A stretch of 64,000 bases of DNA from assembly GCA_963664815.2 (NCBI GenBank), contig CAXXHB010000003.1, positions 4,192,001 through 4,256,000 on the forward strand, given 5' to 3'. Below are positions 62,480-64,000 of the stretch, one piece after another. The notes beneath the pieces are model-generated. The model was given only the letters and a program-made list of their open reading frames with translations. It was not told the DNA's origin and did no database searches. The DNA is from Spirochaetota bacterium. Its GTDB lineage: Bacteria; Spirochaetota; UBA4802; UBA5550. Each line of letters opens with the position of its first letter. Position 1 is the stretch's first letter. The translations under genes and the position numbers were made by a program.

Positions 62480-63346
62480 TTAAAGTCGGCAGTTAACTAT
62501 TTCTGTTTCTATAATTGCTGTTGCACCTATCGATTCAAGTCTGTCCATTACCTGCACAACTTCAGATTTTTCAACCATTACCTTAACTGAACACCAGTCA
62601 TCCTGATCCAACTTTGAAATTGTAGGCGAATTAAATCCGGGTGTAATCTTCTCAGCTTCTTTAATTTTACACTCTTTAATATTATATTCAAGCATGCTGT
62701 ACCGATTTGCAACCAGTACACCTTCAATTCTTCTTCTTATTTTAACAATTCTGTCATCAAAGACATTTTCCTTTTTTGTTATAAGGGTTGTTTCATAAAC
62801 CCCAATCTCTTTAAAAACTTTCAGGTTATGGTCACGAAGACTGTCTCCGGTTTCAACAATGTCAACAATCGCCTGTGCCAGATTAAGAGAGATCATTATT
62901 TCCACAGAGCCATTCATTTCTATACAGTTTACGTTTATATTTTTTTTATTGAAATAATCATGAGTCATAACAGGAAATGACGTTGCAATATTTTTCCCCT
63001 TTAAAAAATCTATTTGCTCGTTTTCTAATCCATCCCTTACTGCAACACATAAGCGGCATTGGCCATATCCCAAAGGAAGTATTGATGCAACATCGGTTTT
63101 TCTCTCTATTATAAGATCGCTTCCTGTGATCCCAAGATCAACAACACCTGATTCAACAAGCACCGGAATATCATCTGCTCTCACGAAAATAAATACTATG
63201 TCGTAATTAGTACAAGTGGCGTAAAGATTACGCCCGGTTGCCCTGAATTTAAAACCAGCTTTTTTTAAAAGTTCAAGTGTAGGATCTTTCAGGCGCCCTT
63301 TTGACGGAATTGCAAATTTTATTTTGTCTGTTTCATTTAGATTCAT
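62480..63346 (-). CDS. hisG: ATP phosphoribosyltransferase (long form)
   Basis: AIPSKGRL, RADDIP, DLGITGSD, GSVE, IVDIVETG, PGFNSPTIS. Confidence 0.97.
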   Translation of the reverse strand: MNLNETDKIKFAIPSKGRLKDPTLELLKKAGFKFRATGRNLYATCTNYDIVFIFVRADDIPVLVESGVVDLGITGSDLIIERKTDVASILPLGYGQCRLCVAVRDGLENEQIDFLKGKNIATSFPVMTHDYFNKKNINVNCIEMNGSVEIMISLNLAQAIVDIVETGDSLRDHNLKVFKEIGVYETTLITKKENVFDDRIVKIRRRIEGVLVANRYSMLEYNIKECKIKEAEKITPGFNSPTISKLDQDDWCSVKVMVEKSEVVQVMDRLESIGATAIIETEIVNCRL

Positions 63347-63665
63347 TGTTCACTCTCCCGGCTTTTTCCACAAGACCACTTGTGCCGAACCTTCGTTCAA
63401 ATTCTTTTTTTATCTCATCAATTGTAATATCTTTATATGATGCCAATACAAATGTATGAAAAAGGAGGTCACATATTTCATATACAAGATGTTCTTTATC
63501 TGTCTCAAGTGCTGCTTCACAGACTTCCTCAGCCTCTTCCATAATCTTTCCGTTAATTTTCTCTGTTCCGCGATGCATTAATTTTGCAACATATGAAGTT
63601 TCAGTTGAAGCCATTTTTCGCTCATTAATTACATCAAATAAACTTTCAAAAATATCATTCTTCAT
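63333..63665 (-). CDS. hisE: Phosphoribosyl-ATP pyrophosphohydrolase
   Basis: SYVAKL, KIMEEAEE, YEICDLLFH, RFGTSG. Confidence 0.95.
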   Translation of the reverse strand: MKNDIFESLFDVINERKMASTETSYVAKLMHRGTEKINGKIMEEAEEVCEAALETDKEHLVYEICDLLFHTFVLASYKDITIDEIKKEFERRFGTSGLVEKAGRVNNESK

Positions 63666-63866
63666 ATATTTCCTTTATCAATTTTCTTTTACTGACAATG
63701 AAGCAATTGCAATGCTTAATCATTTTTTTACAACTTCCATACATTGCTGAGATTAAAATCAATTCCATTTTCGTCAAGATATTATATTAAGTTACAATTA
63801 CCTAACATGTATTTTAATGTTGAACAAAAAGATCTCACAACGTTCATTGGCAGCGTTATGATAAAA

Positions 63867-64000
63867 TTATTCTTTTTTTATCCACCTCGAAACAATAACA
63901 TCCGGGTCAATGTCAGCAATTGAATTGAATATATAATCCGGCTGGTACGGGTATTTGTTCATAATCTCCAGAGTAGTGACACCCGAAAGGACCAGACAGC
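63867..64000 (-). CDS. 3' end of a HAD-IIA (NagD-like) hydrolase, truncated by the window edge
   Basis: Manual translation CLVLSGVTTLEIMNKYPYQPDYIFNSIADIDPDVIVSRWIKKE*, typical of a NagD C-terminus. Confidence 0.8.
   Translation of the reverse strand, partial: CLVLSGVTTLEIMNKYPYQPDYIFNSIADIDPDVIVSRWIKKE

Overview
AT-rich bacterial chromosomal window with about 55 genes. The gene content (barrel/Ig/OmpA protein, DUF1566 lipoproteins, coaE-SPOR pairing, CheD/HDOD, HK-REC-PP2C hybrid) suggests a free-living spirochaete, but this is inference only. Most of the window is housekeeping and chemotaxis (htrA-type protease, coaE, pit, pepF, ABC-F, 2 MCPs, cheW, cheD, smpB, htpG, sua5, tmk, sppA, serC, M18 aminopeptidase, hisG/hisE). 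I saw no rRNA, tRNA, CRISPR, integrase or transposase. Best leads: (1) a membrane-anchored zinc-ribbon/acidic scaffold with seven 123-bp tandem repeats and an embedded FliM-N/CheZ-C-like CheY-binding peptide; (2) a five-gene cluster headed by a STAS-GHKL kinase and a STAS-winged-helix partner, resembling a Ser-phosphorylation partner-switch regulator; (3) a catalytically dead REC-GGDEF protein that keeps its c-di-GMP I-site; (4) a decaying accessory block at about 53.4-61.8 kb holding a pseudogenised barrel-TPR plus HAMP-HK-REC-PP2C module, a frameshifted DUF1566 lipoprotein and an RRE-radical SAM/SPASM enzyme. All family calls come from motif recognition by eye; no searches were run.
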